From: Raja brachyura
Lineage: Eukaryota
NCBI GenBank assembly: GCA_963514005.1
Contig: OY740809.1
Location: 31,930,001 to 31,994,000, forward strand
Length of the DNA stretch: 64,000 nucleotides
Direction: 5' to 3'
Shown here: piece by piece, positions 50,616 to 61,555 of the stretch
Layout: each line of letters starts with the position of its first letter
How positions within the stretch are numbered: position 1 is the stretch's first letter
Made by a program: the position numbers and the translations under genes
The notes under the pieces: model-generated
Seen by the model: only the letters and a program-made list of their open reading frames with translations
What the model was told of the DNA's origin: nothing
The model's database searches: none

Positions 50616-52138
50616 CTGGAGACTGTGTCAAGTAGAGGCAATGGGGATTAACAATAAGCGTGTGGCACGGTGGCACAGCGGTAGAGCTACTGCCTTACAG
50701 CGCCAGAGACCCAGGTTCGATCCTGACTACGGGTGCTGTCTGTACGGAGTTTGTACGCTCTCCCCATGACCTGTGTGGGTTTTCTCAGAGATCTTCGGTT
50801 TCCTCCCACACTCCAAAGAGGTACAGGTTTGTAGGCTAATTGGCTTGGTAAATGTAAAAATTGTCCCTGGTGTGTGATAGTGTTTATGTGCGGGGATCGC
50901 TGGTCAGTGCGGACCCGGTGGGCCGAAGGGCCTGTTTCCGCGCTGTATCACTAAACTACACGCCCGGGGACTATTATTACCAAAGACAATTAACCTACAA
51001 ATTGGTACATGTCTGGAGTGTGGGAAGAAAGTTCAAGTTCAAGTTCACAGTTATTGTCACATTGGTACAAACACCGGAGCACCCGGGGAAAACCCAGGAG
51101 GAGAACATCCATGGGATCACAAGGAGAACGTACAAACTCCGCACAGACAGCACCCGTATCTAGTATTACACCAAGGCTTTGAGCAGTCTGGCTTGGTATC
51201 TGAAAATGTCTGGAGTTAAGGATGAAGTCAATGGTTGGGCAAAGGTGATGCTGAATGCATTGATGGTGGGAACGTTTAGTCGGTGGTGCTAAAGGGATTG
51301 GAGAGAGTGAATGACGTTCAGGGGTGAGATGAAACAGTGGAGCAAGTGGGGGAGGGGAGCAATTGTTGAGGAGGGGCGGAGATAGTAAAGTTTGGCATCA
51401 GATTTTGTTTGGGCGGCACAGTGGTGCAGCGGTAGATTTGCTGCCTTACAACTTTTATTCAGTTTCTTACCTTGCCGGAGATGTGATTATTTTCCGGATC
51501 GCATCTGCGGTCGCTCTGCGGCCTGCCATCGATGGAGCTGGAGGTCTCCTCGAACTGACCTTGAGCCCCACCTCGGGGCGTGGACTTAACATCGGAGTCG
51601 ATCCCTTGCCCCCTTTGTTCTTGGCTCCCCGCTGGGTCGCTCTCCGACAGCCCTGCTCGCTCCCTTTTAGTTCAGTTTAGAGCCACAGCGCGGAAACAGT
51701 CCCTTCGGCCCACCGAGTCCGCACCGACCTGCGATCCCCGCACATTAACACTGTCCTACACACAATAGGGACCATTTACACACACACACCAAGCCAAGTA
51801 AGCTGTACGCCTTTGAAAGGAAAACGAAGATCTCGGAGATAACCCACGCGGTCACGGGGAGAACGTGCAAACTCCGTGCAGACAGCACCCATGGTCGGGA
51901 TCGAACCCGGGTCTCTGGCGCTGCAGGGCAGCAGCTCTATCGCTACGTCACTGCGGCCACCCCTCTCTCGGTGACTCACTCCTCACTACCTGACCTCAAA
52001 CCCCTCGCTACCTCTCAGCAAGATAAACGCGCATTGAAGGAAGAATGTGGCAAAGAGAGAGGGGCAGAATGGAGAAACCACAACACAGAAATACACGAGC
52101 AAGAAACAATTGCAAACGCTTTGAATTGGCATACTCAC

Positions 52139-52303
52139 TTCCTCGTCTTCAATCTCTTCGATAATCCAAAATCGAATTATTTTAATGCGCTGTACAACTG
52201 ACAGTCTAGTTTCTATGACGGCCAACCCAGTCTCGATGACTGCCAAGCCAGTCTCCATGCATAGCTCCAGGTCTGTTTCTGTTCTGCGTTCTTCTTGCTT
52301 TAT
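52139..52303 (-). CDS. Candidate internal exon of the unidentified gene (IKQEERRTETDLELCMETGLAVIETGLAVIETRLSVVQRIKIIRFWIIEEIEDEE), coiled-coil-like
   Basis: Pyrimidine tract + aag acceptor, GAA/gtgagt donor, 165 nt open phase 0 to 0; 21-nt repeat units differ at synonymous positions. Confidence 0.65.
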
Positions 52304-53257
52304 CTTGAAATAGGGAAAAGTTGAAAAATGTAAATTAAAGCCCTCTGAAGAATATTGGACTGTAAGTGTCTATGACTCAGTTGAAGGAAGATTACGTATC
52401 ATAGAGTTGGTGTCAGAGTCTGTTCATTTTTGGTCAGGTCATTTCATTATCTTGAGGTCCAGGCGGAAATGTTACTGGAATATTTTACATTAAGATTCAG
52501 AAACTTATTAAAAAGTTTTTCTTGTTTTTAAAAGAGGTAACACAGAATGGAGGAAATGTCCACACCGACCATCGATCACCCATTCTTATAGAGTCTTTCT
52601 GTGGAGGTTCTCATGCTTTCTATACAACCTCATGAAGCCTCGACATGTTTTATAGCCTATGAAACATGCATTTGAAATGTGGACAACATTAGGACAGGAC
52701 GGTGGCACAGCGGTAGAGTTGCTGCCTTACAGCGCCAGAGACCCGGGTTCGATCCTGACTACGGGTGCTGTCTTTGCGGAGTTTGCACGTTGTCCCTGCG
52801 TGGTGTTCTCTACGGTTTCCTCCCACACTCCAGATTTGTAAAGTAATTGGCTTGGTGTAAATGTAAGTTGTCCCTAGTGAGTGTAGGGTAGTGTTAGTGT
52901 GCGGGGATCGCTGGTCGGTGCAAACTCGATGGGCCAAAGGGCCTGTTTCCGCACTGTATCTCTAAACGGAATAACGTCAAGACCAGAAATGTATTCGCTG
53001 ATATCATCAGGTCACAGAAGATCCTGAAAGGGATTGAAAAGGTGGGTGGTCAAGGGCTATTTCTTCTAGAACTAGAACTGTGATGAAGGTCATAATTTTA
53101 AGTTGGGGCATTGACCATTTAAGAGCGAGGAATGGGGAAATTCCCTTTCATTAAACAGTCATAGTTTTGTTGGAAGGCTCCACTCAAGGAGACTATGAAT
53201 GCCAGGTGTAGCTGACATTAATACATTTTTGGACACTAACACAATAAGCGATGTTAG

Positions 53258-53354
53258 GAAGTCTGAAGAAGGGTCTCGACCCGAAACGTCGCCTATCTCC
53301 TTCGCTCCTTAGATGCTGCTGCACCCGCTGAGTTTCTACAGCTTTTTGTGTACC
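53258..53354 (+). mobile_element. 97 nt Penelope-derived mini-insertion headed by the hammerhead-like core
   Basis: 12 bp TSD aagcgatgttag (53246-53257, 53355-53366). Confidence 0.88.
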
Positions 53355-54724
53355 AAGCGATGTTAGACCTGGGTGGAATGGTGAACTTCAAGACCTGGAT
53401 CTGTTATCATCTAATAGAATGTCAGAGTAGATGCACGTTCATCAATGTGGCTACTTGGCCCATCAGGTCTACTCCGCCATACAATCATGGCTGATCTATC
53501 TTTCCCTCTCAACCCCTTTCTCCTGCCTTCTCCCCATAACCCCTGACATCATTCCTAATCAAGAATGTGTCAATCTCCACCTTAAAACTATCCATTGACT
53601 TGGTCCCTTCAGCCATCTGTGGCAATGAATTCCATAGATTCACCATCCTCCAACTAAAAACATTCCTTCTCATCTCCTTTCTAAAAGTGTGTCCTTTTAT
53701 TCTGAGGCTGTGGCTTCTAGTCGTAGACTCTCCCACTGGTGGAAATATCCTCTCCACATCCACTCTATCTAAAGGGAGCTTCCCTGCTGTCGTCAGAACA
53801 CCCTTGTGGGACACTTAACATCCATTTCTGGGGGTGAGGGATTGGAGATTTTACATCTGAAAAAAAATCACCAAAAATGCAGCTCTATGTGAAGTAAGAC
53901 TTGAAATAAGACTTATTTTCCCAAAATGGAGTCATAGAGTCTTACAGCACGGAAACAGGCCCTTTGGCCCAACTTGCCCACACCGACCAACAAGTTCCAT
54001 CTACACTCGTCCCACCTGCCTGCGTTTGCCACGGTTCCCTAAACCTGTCCTATCCCAACTACCTCTCTAAATGTTTCTTAAACGTTGCGATAGTACCTGC
54101 CTCAACTACCACCTCTGGCAGCTCGTCCGATGCACCTACGACCCTCTGTGTGAAAAAAGAACCCCTCAGGTTCCTAATAAATCTTTCCTCCCTCACCTTC
54201 TACCTACGTCCTCCAGTTCTCCATTCCCAATTGTGGCAGGAAGCACAGAGCAGCTGTCAATAGCAGAATTGCAGTCATGATGCTGCCTAGTGTTGGTGCA
54301 GCAGTGCTGCTGTGGATCCAAACAGCGCTGACTGCACTCGAGTATGTAAAGGGGAATCGCACACAATTGCAGTATTGAACATCGGAAGTGGTCTCAGTTT
54401 TCAACATAGAACATTGAACAGTACAGCACAAAGATGGAGGTAGTCATAAATGCTGGAGAAACTCAGTGGGTGAGGCAGCATCTATGGAGCGAAAGAAATA
54501 GGCGACGTTTCGGGTCTCGACTATTGAACATTACCTAGTTCCTTCACTCCATAGATTCTGCCCACTGAATCTCTTCAGCATTTTTGTCTACCTTCGATTT
54601 TCCAGCATCTGCATTTCCATCTTAAGCGCAAGAACGGGCTTGTCAGCCCACAATGTACAGTATGTGCTCAACACAGCGCCTAGCTGAACTGATCTCTTCT
54701 GCCCGCACACGATCCACGTCGCTC

Positions 54725-55215
54725 CATGCTGACCGGTTGCATCGTGGGTTGGTTCGGCAACTTGAGCGCCCAGGATCGGAAAAGACTGCAAAAAGGTGTA
54801 AACACTGCCCAGTCCATCATCGGCTCTGACCTCCCCACCATCGAGCGGATCTATCGCAGTCGCTGCCTCAAAAAGGCTGCCAGCATCATCAAGGATCCAC
54901 ACCATCCTGTCCACTCATCTCCCCGCTGCCTTCAGGTAGAAGGTACAGGAGCCTGAAATCTGCAACATCCAGGTTCAGGAATAGCTACTTCCCCACAGCC
55001 ATCAGGCTATTAAACTCAACTCAAACAAAACTCTGATCATTAGTAGCCCATTGCACTTTATCTGTTTATTTATCTGTGTATGTATATATATTCATTGGTA
55101 TACGGACACACTGATCTGTTCTGTATTCATGCCTACTATGTTCTGTTGTGTTGAAGCAAAGCAAAAATGTCATTGTCCTATCTGGGACACATGACAATAA
55201 ACTCTCTTGAATCTT
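54725..55215 (+). mobile_element. Rex1-type LINE 3' fragment; another at ~58518-58925(+)
   Basis: LTGCIVGWFGN..QDRKRLQK..RCLKKAASIIKDPHHP. Confidence 0.85.
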
Positions 55216-56284
55216 GGACCTTGAATCTATCCCCCTGTATTTCTATGAGCCTATCTAAAAACCTCTTAAACACCACCATCATATCTGCCTCCACCACCAC
55301 CACCCCCGGCAATGCGTCGCAGGCTCCCACCACCCCTTGTGTGTTGCGTATAGGAAATTACACTGTACATCTCCATACAACTTTCTCAGTTAAAGCTATG
55401 CCCTCTAGTCCCTGACATTTCCATTCTGGAGAAAAAAAGTTTTGACTGACTACGCCAGGGCTGCCCAACCATTTTAGTCCCGTTTAGCCCAGGCAACTTT
55501 AATAGCACATAACAATGTTAGTTCACTTATTTATGAACAACTAATGATGAACAGAGTGTTAAAGAAGGAACTGCAGATGCTGGAGAATAGAGGGTTACAC
55601 AAAAAGCTGGAGAAACTCAGCGGGTGCGGCAGCATCTAAGCAGCGAAGGAGATAGGCGACGTTTCGGGTCGAGACCCTTCTTCAGGCTGGTCAGGGATCA
55701 GGGAAACGAGAGATATAGACAGTGATGTGGCATAGAGTTGGAGGGAAGGGGGTATCACAGAGCGGGAGCAGTTAGAGAGGAGGTTGTGAAACTGTCTTCG
55801 TAGGGAGGAGGAGAACTTCTTCAAAGTAGACATACATTGAGGAGATATCGCAGTGGAGTAGACAAAGTGTTAAAGAAGGAACTGCAGATGCTGGACAGAT
55901 ACCGGTATACCAGACCCAAACACAGTCAGTCAATGAGAAAAAATATGTACAAATCCCGAATCAACAAATTTACTCCCTGGGGGGGAATTTATCCCAGGTT
56001 GGGAAACCTTGGTCTGCCCAATCGATGCCTCATAATCTTATATACTTCTATCAAGTCTCCCCTCAACCGACATAATATCAAGGTGATATTATTGTGAGGT
56101 CTTATCTCACCTCACAGATGGGCAAAAGATCCCAAGATGTCAAGAATAAGACAACTCTCCTAATGTCAGCCAAATTCTTAACGATCACTCCCATAATCAA
56201 CTTACGTAGCAACTTGCAAGGAATATGTCCCATTCAATCAGACCACTCGTCGAGCTGGACCATTTCAATGCTAATTTATCTTAC

Positions 56285-56349
56285 CTTTGCTCGTGGAACT
56301 TTGTCGTTTGCTCCATAATTAGCTGTACATTTTGTCCATGGACCAGTAT
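56285..56349 (-). CDS. Candidate small exon of the unidentified gene (phase 1 to 0: TGPWTKCTANYGANDKVPRAK)
   Basis: AAG/gtaaga donor; aag acceptor is weak; two frames open. Confidence 0.35.
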
Positions 56350-56755
56350 CTTTAAATCATAATTATAGAGCAGGGAACACCTTCAGCTAACTACACCTGT
56401 GCCTATTCTTTGAAGAAGTTATCCAGCTAATCCCTCTCAATGGTCTCCTCCCCACAACCCTGACCTTTAAGAAAGGTTGTTGGATGTGAAGCACTTTTGT
56501 GGTTCTCAAAGGCACCGTGTAAATGGTAATTCTTCCTTTCTTCAGCTGAATGAAACACTTATTTCTTAAATATCAGTTTTAGGCAAGTAACATTATAGTC
56601 CGGTGTCGGTCCCTATTTAATGCGCCATTGCACTTTGTGGGAACCCATTGATTTGAACATGTGCAATCCTTCAGTAAACACAAAGTGCTGGAATAACTCA
56701 GCATCTCTGGAGAACTGGCTTGACCTTGCACTAAACGTTATTCCTTTACCATGTA

Positions 56756-57497
56756 CAGTGGCTTGCAAAAGTTTTCATACCCCCTTGAATCTTTCCACAT
56801 TTTGTCACGTTACAACCACAAACGTAAATGTATTTTATTGGGATTTTATGTGATAGACCAACACAAAGTGGTGCATAATTCTGAAGTGGAAGGAAAATGA
56901 TACATGGTTTCCAAATTTTATTACAGATAAAAAACTGAAAAGTGTGGCATGCAAAAGTATTCAGCCCCCCTGAGTCAATACTTTGTAGAACCACCTTTCG
57001 CTGCAATTACAGCTGTATGTCTCTACCAGCTTTACACATCTAGGGACTGAATTTTCTGCCCATTCTTCTTTACAAAATAGTTCAAGCTCAGTCAGATTGG
57101 ATGGAGAGCATTTGTGAACAGCAATTTTCAAGTCTTGCCAGAGATTCTCAATTGGATTTAGGTCTGGACTTTAACTGGGCCATTCTAACACATGAATATG
57201 CTTTGATCTAAACCATTCCATTGTAGCTCTGGCTGTATGTTTAGGGTTGTTGTCTTGCTCAAAGGTGAACCTCTGCCCCAGTCTCAAGTCTTTTGCAGAC
57301 TCTAACAGGTTTTTTTCCAAGATTGCCCTGTATTTGGCTCCATCCATCTTCCCATCAACTCTGACCAGCTTCCCTGTCCCTGCTGAAGGAAAGCATCCCC
57401 ACAGCATGATACTGCCACCACCACGTTTCACAATGGGGATGGTGTGTTCAGGGTGATGTGCAGTGTTAGTTTTCCGCCACACATGGCGTTTTGCCAG
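56756..57497 (-). mobile_element. Tc1/mariner transposon fragment: one IR/DR-type TIR plus DD34E transposase segment
   Basis: TA-CAGTGGCTTGCAAAAGT terminus with inner repeat at ~56950; ORF 57171-57515 [14 protein letters not shown]...[10 protein letters not shown]...VLEWPS. Confidence 0.92.
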
Positions 57498-58046
57498 GCT
57501 TTGCCCTGCTCCCACCTCTCTTTACCAGCATTTCATCCCTCCTACTAGAATCAGTCTGAAGTAATGTCCTGGTCAAATCATCATCTATTCATATCCTCCA
57601 GAATGCTGCCTGACCCGGCAAATTACACAACCCTGCCACTTGTGTCTCCATATAAAAACCTTGCCTTTGTATAAAAAAGCACATAAAAAGATAGATATTT
57701 CTCACTATGCGCGTTGCCAATTCACAAGTTCATAGGTGCATAAGTGATAGGAGCAGAATTGGGCAATTTGGCTCATCAAGTCTACTCCGCCACTCGTTCA
57801 TGGCTGATCTATCTCTCCCTCCTAACCCCATTCTCCTGCCTTCTCCCCATAATCCCTGACATCCGTACTAACCAAGAAATTCCCCGAATATCTGAAAATA
57901 CAACACGAAACATGTGGCTCTGATCTTCACCACAGGTCAATACAACCCTATTGCAAATCTAGCTTGAATGTTGCATTGTTACTTCATTAGACTCCACCAA
58001 ATTCAATTGTATTGATTGATCGATCTCCTTGGCAGTTCATACTCAC

Positions 58047-58193
58047 CCCATATCCAGCTGTCTTGGTGGATGGCTGGCCATGGCTAAACTAATTAGCAGA
58101 ATTAGAATTGCTGATGAACTGCTGGAGCCAAATCATCATTTTGAGTAACTACATTTATTGGATTGATAGTCGGAGGGAGCAGTTTAATTGGGA
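58047..58193 (-). pseudogene. Exon-like segment with strong splice sites but stops in all frames (non-coding or decayed exon)
   Basis: tctcttttttttttaag acceptor, GGG/gtgagt donor, 147 nt. Confidence 0.35.
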
Positions 58194-59784
58194 CTTAAAA
58201 AAAAAAGAGAACGTCTCAGGTGACATCTGATTCGCTATAATTAAAATAACTTGTTTGATTGTAGTTGGATCATTGTAGGTCAGACAACAGCAGCTCAATG
58301 AAATTCTTTTCCAAACACTTTCTGGATTCTTATAGTCATATAACATGGAGACAGGTCCTTCAGCCCAACTTGCCCACATTGACCAACATGTCTTATCTAC
58401 ACTAGTCCCACCTGCCTGTGTATGGCCCATGTCCCTCTAAACCTGTCCTATCCGTGTACCTGTCCAATTGCTTGTCAAACATTGCGATAGTCCCTGCCTC
58501 AACGTCCTCCTCTGGCAGCATGCAGAGAGTAGTGTGTTCGGCCGAATGCACAATGGGGACTACACTCGCCCCCCTGCAGGAACTATACATCAGGAGGTGC
58601 AACTCCAGAGCCAACAAGATCATGGGGGACCCATTCCCCGCCAGCAACAGCCTGTTCCATCTGCTACGGTCAGGCAAACGCCTCCGTTGCCATGCTGTGA
58701 GAACAGAGAGGATGAGAAGGGGTTTCTTCCCAGAGGCCATTAGGGCTGTGAACTCCTATCTCACCAGGGACTAACTTTACTGGACCAATTTACTGTTGTG
58801 TGGTGTCTTTTTTAAATTGCTGTTCATTATCTTTTTTTTCCTCCCACTAATATGTAATATGTGAATATGTGATTCTGTTCCATTCTGTTTTGTAGTTTTT
58901 TTTTGCACAATCCGCAAGCATTGACTTGACACCCACCACCCTTGTATCTTTCCTCCTTCACCTTAAACCTATGTCCTCTGGTCCTCGATTCCCCAACTCT
59001 TGCCGGCATTGTGCCTCAGTTTGGCAACAGAAAGAGATAATGAAGGTGATTTTGTCCAAGTTGGTGTTGAGGAATCTATTGTACCTACTTGAAGGCGTGT
59101 GTAAGGTGAGACAGTGTCCTTTGTTCAAATTGTCCCAAGGACCATATTAACAACAACAAACTGGTTGTTTGTGGTCCCTGAAAGCAACCTCAAACATGGA
59201 ACAGAACAGTGCAGGAAAAGGCCCTTCAGCCCACAAAGACGCGATTCACTCCACTTGTGAGTCACTCTATGACTCAGAAACGTTCTTCCAAAGGTGACAG
59301 GCGGGTGGAACAACTGCTTTCACAAGGTCATAATGGTGACCTTATGAAAGACCTTATAATAAGGCCTTAAATTGATCAATGGTGTTATATCATTAATGTT
59401 TTATTATTATTAATAATGTTTAATGTTGTCTGAGTCATTCGTAAAACTGTCACTGTATGTCATGTTGTTACTTGTGGGCGGAGCACCAAGGCAAATTCCT
59501 TGTATGTGAATACTTGGCCAATAAACTTACTTACTTACTTAAGGGATAGTAGAATTTGTCATTCGGTCCATCGTCTACGCCATTCAATCATGGCTGATCT
59601 ATCTTTCCCCCCAACCCCATTCTCCTGCCTTCTCCCCATAACCTCTGATGCCCGTACTAATGAAGAATCTATCTTACTCCGCCTTAAAAATATCTACTGA
59701 ATCCATTATATGTAAAACTAATTTCAGAATCGAAATGTAGAACATTTGAAATCGTTGGACCTCTTTAATAGCGTTGCTACTTAC

Positions 59785-60042
59785 TTCCAGGTGGACCTCC
59801 AGCGCTTGCTTGGCGGGCAAGAGCGCAGTGAACGGGCGGTGCAGGTTGAACGGAGGAGGACTGGCGATCTCCAGACTGACGTCCCTGGACATGGCCCCGT
59901 TTCTAACGGGCTGGTGGATGGAACCCAGCAAGCACTTGGGCATGACATTGCTCCTCGGCCCATTGGCGAACAGGTCGTGATACAGCACGTTGAGCGAGAA
60001 ACTAGCAGTGACGACAAATACAATCCCGCACCATATAGACAT
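59785..60042 (-). CDS. Candidate first coding exon of the unidentified gene (MSIWCGIVFVVTASFSLNVLYHDLFANG...ALEVHLE), hydrophobic N-terminus
   Basis: CpG-rich unique sequence, 86 open codons, GAA/gtaagt donor in phase 0. Confidence 0.45.
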
Positions 60043-60309
60043 TGGGGATGGGTGGACCTGCGGTCAAGTCCGCTCGGCCGGCGGTGCCATTCTTTCTTTC
60101 TTTCTCTCCCTCTCTTCTCTCGTCTGCCTTTTTTCTTCAGACGCTTAATTCGGACTGAGAGTTTCTTGCCCAGAGTCGCAAGTTGGAGTTCTGGAACTTC
60201 GCGACAAAGGGAGAGAATTCACGGTGGAATGTTCTTACAATGAGGCCTCTGAAGCTGCAGGAACCACGGGTATCTCAAACCCTGGTGAGATGGGTGGTGA
60301 CTTAACCTT

Positions 60310-60402
60310 GGGTTACACAAAAAGCTGGAGAAACTCAGCAGGTGCAGCAGCATCTAAGGAGCGAAGGAGATAGGCGACGTTTCGGGTCGAGACCCTTCTT
60401 CA
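60310..60402 (-). mobile_element. 93 nt Penelope-derived mini-insertion ending at the hammerhead-like core
   Basis: 11 bp TSD gacttaacctt (60299-60309, 60403-60413). Confidence 0.88.
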
Positions 60403-61189
60403 GACTTAACCTTATCTGAGAGACTCACCCCATCACTAACCCCCATTTAAAATAATCTAACTGGCAAGTAGCAAATTAACGTTTAAGCGGGCCAAACGTC
60501 CTGAAGAATGAACAGATCACAGTAGACAATAGACAATAGGTGCAGGAGTAGGCCATTCGGCCCTTCGAGCCAGCACCGCCATTCAATGTGATCATGGCTG
60601 ATCATCCCCAATCGGTACCCCGTTCCTGCCTTCTCCCCATATCCCCTGACTCCGTTATTTTTAAGAGCCCTATCACTTACATGGACATGGACAGAGCAGC
60701 TTTAGAGGGAACATGGGCCAAATGCAGGCAGGTGGAACTATTGTAGATGGGACATGTTGGCTGGTGTATGGAACGAGCTGCCAGAGGTGGTAATTGAGGC
60801 AGGTACTATCGCAACGGGCTCGGTGTGGGCAAGTTGGGACGAAGGGCCTGTTTCCACGCTGTAAGACTCTAGTCGTTGGTGACAATATGTGGCTGTGCCA
60901 CTCGCCTCCACATAACATAGAATGAATGGCGCAGAAGTTACTGTACGTAGAGGGTTTATGGGGAGAAGGCAGGAGAATGGGGTTGAGAGGGAAAGATAGA
61001 TCAGCCATGGCGGATTAGACTCGATGGGCCGAATGGCCTAATTCTGGTCCGACAACTAATGAAGATACAAGGAACTGCAGATGCTAGTTTATACAACAAA
61101 AATACACGAAGTGCTGGAGTAACTCAATATTAAATTTGGAGATGAAGGCACAAAATGCCGGAGTAACTCAGCGGGTCAAAGACCATCTC

Positions 61190-61555
61190 GAGATGGACAG
61201 GCTAGATGTAGGAAGATTGTTCCCGATGTTGGGGAGGTCCAGAACAAGGGGTCACAGTCTAAGGATAAGGGGGAATTCCTTTAGGACCGAGATGAGGAAA
61301 ACATTTTTCACACAGAGAGTGGTGAGTCTCTGGAATTATCTGCCACAGAAGGTAGTTGAGGCCAGTTCATTGGCTATATTTACGAGGGAGTTAGATGTGG
61401 CCCTTGTGGCTAAAGGGATCGGGGGTATGGAGAGAAGGCAGGTACAGGACACTGAGTTGGATGATCAGCCATGATCATATTGAATGGCGGTGCAGGCTCG
61501 AAGGGCCGAATGGCCTACTCCTGCACCTGTTGTCTATGGTTCTATGTTTCTATGA
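61190..61555 (+). mobile_element. CR1/HER1 LINE 3' fragment
   Basis: ORF 61136-61474 RSRTRGHSLRIRG...; (TTTCTATG)n tail. Confidence 0.9.

Noticed and set aside
50390-50641. Minus-strand ORF with ag/gt boundaries as an exon of the unidentified gene
   Set aside because: The + strand translation matches a Tx1-like LINE ORF2, so the - strand ORF is its antisense shadow.
59746-60283. Plus-strand 165 aa ORF and an exon-like segment at 60141-60283
   Set aside because: No ATG start for the ORF, stops in all frames of the exon-like piece, and no partner exons. A divergent non-coding transcript cannot be excluded.
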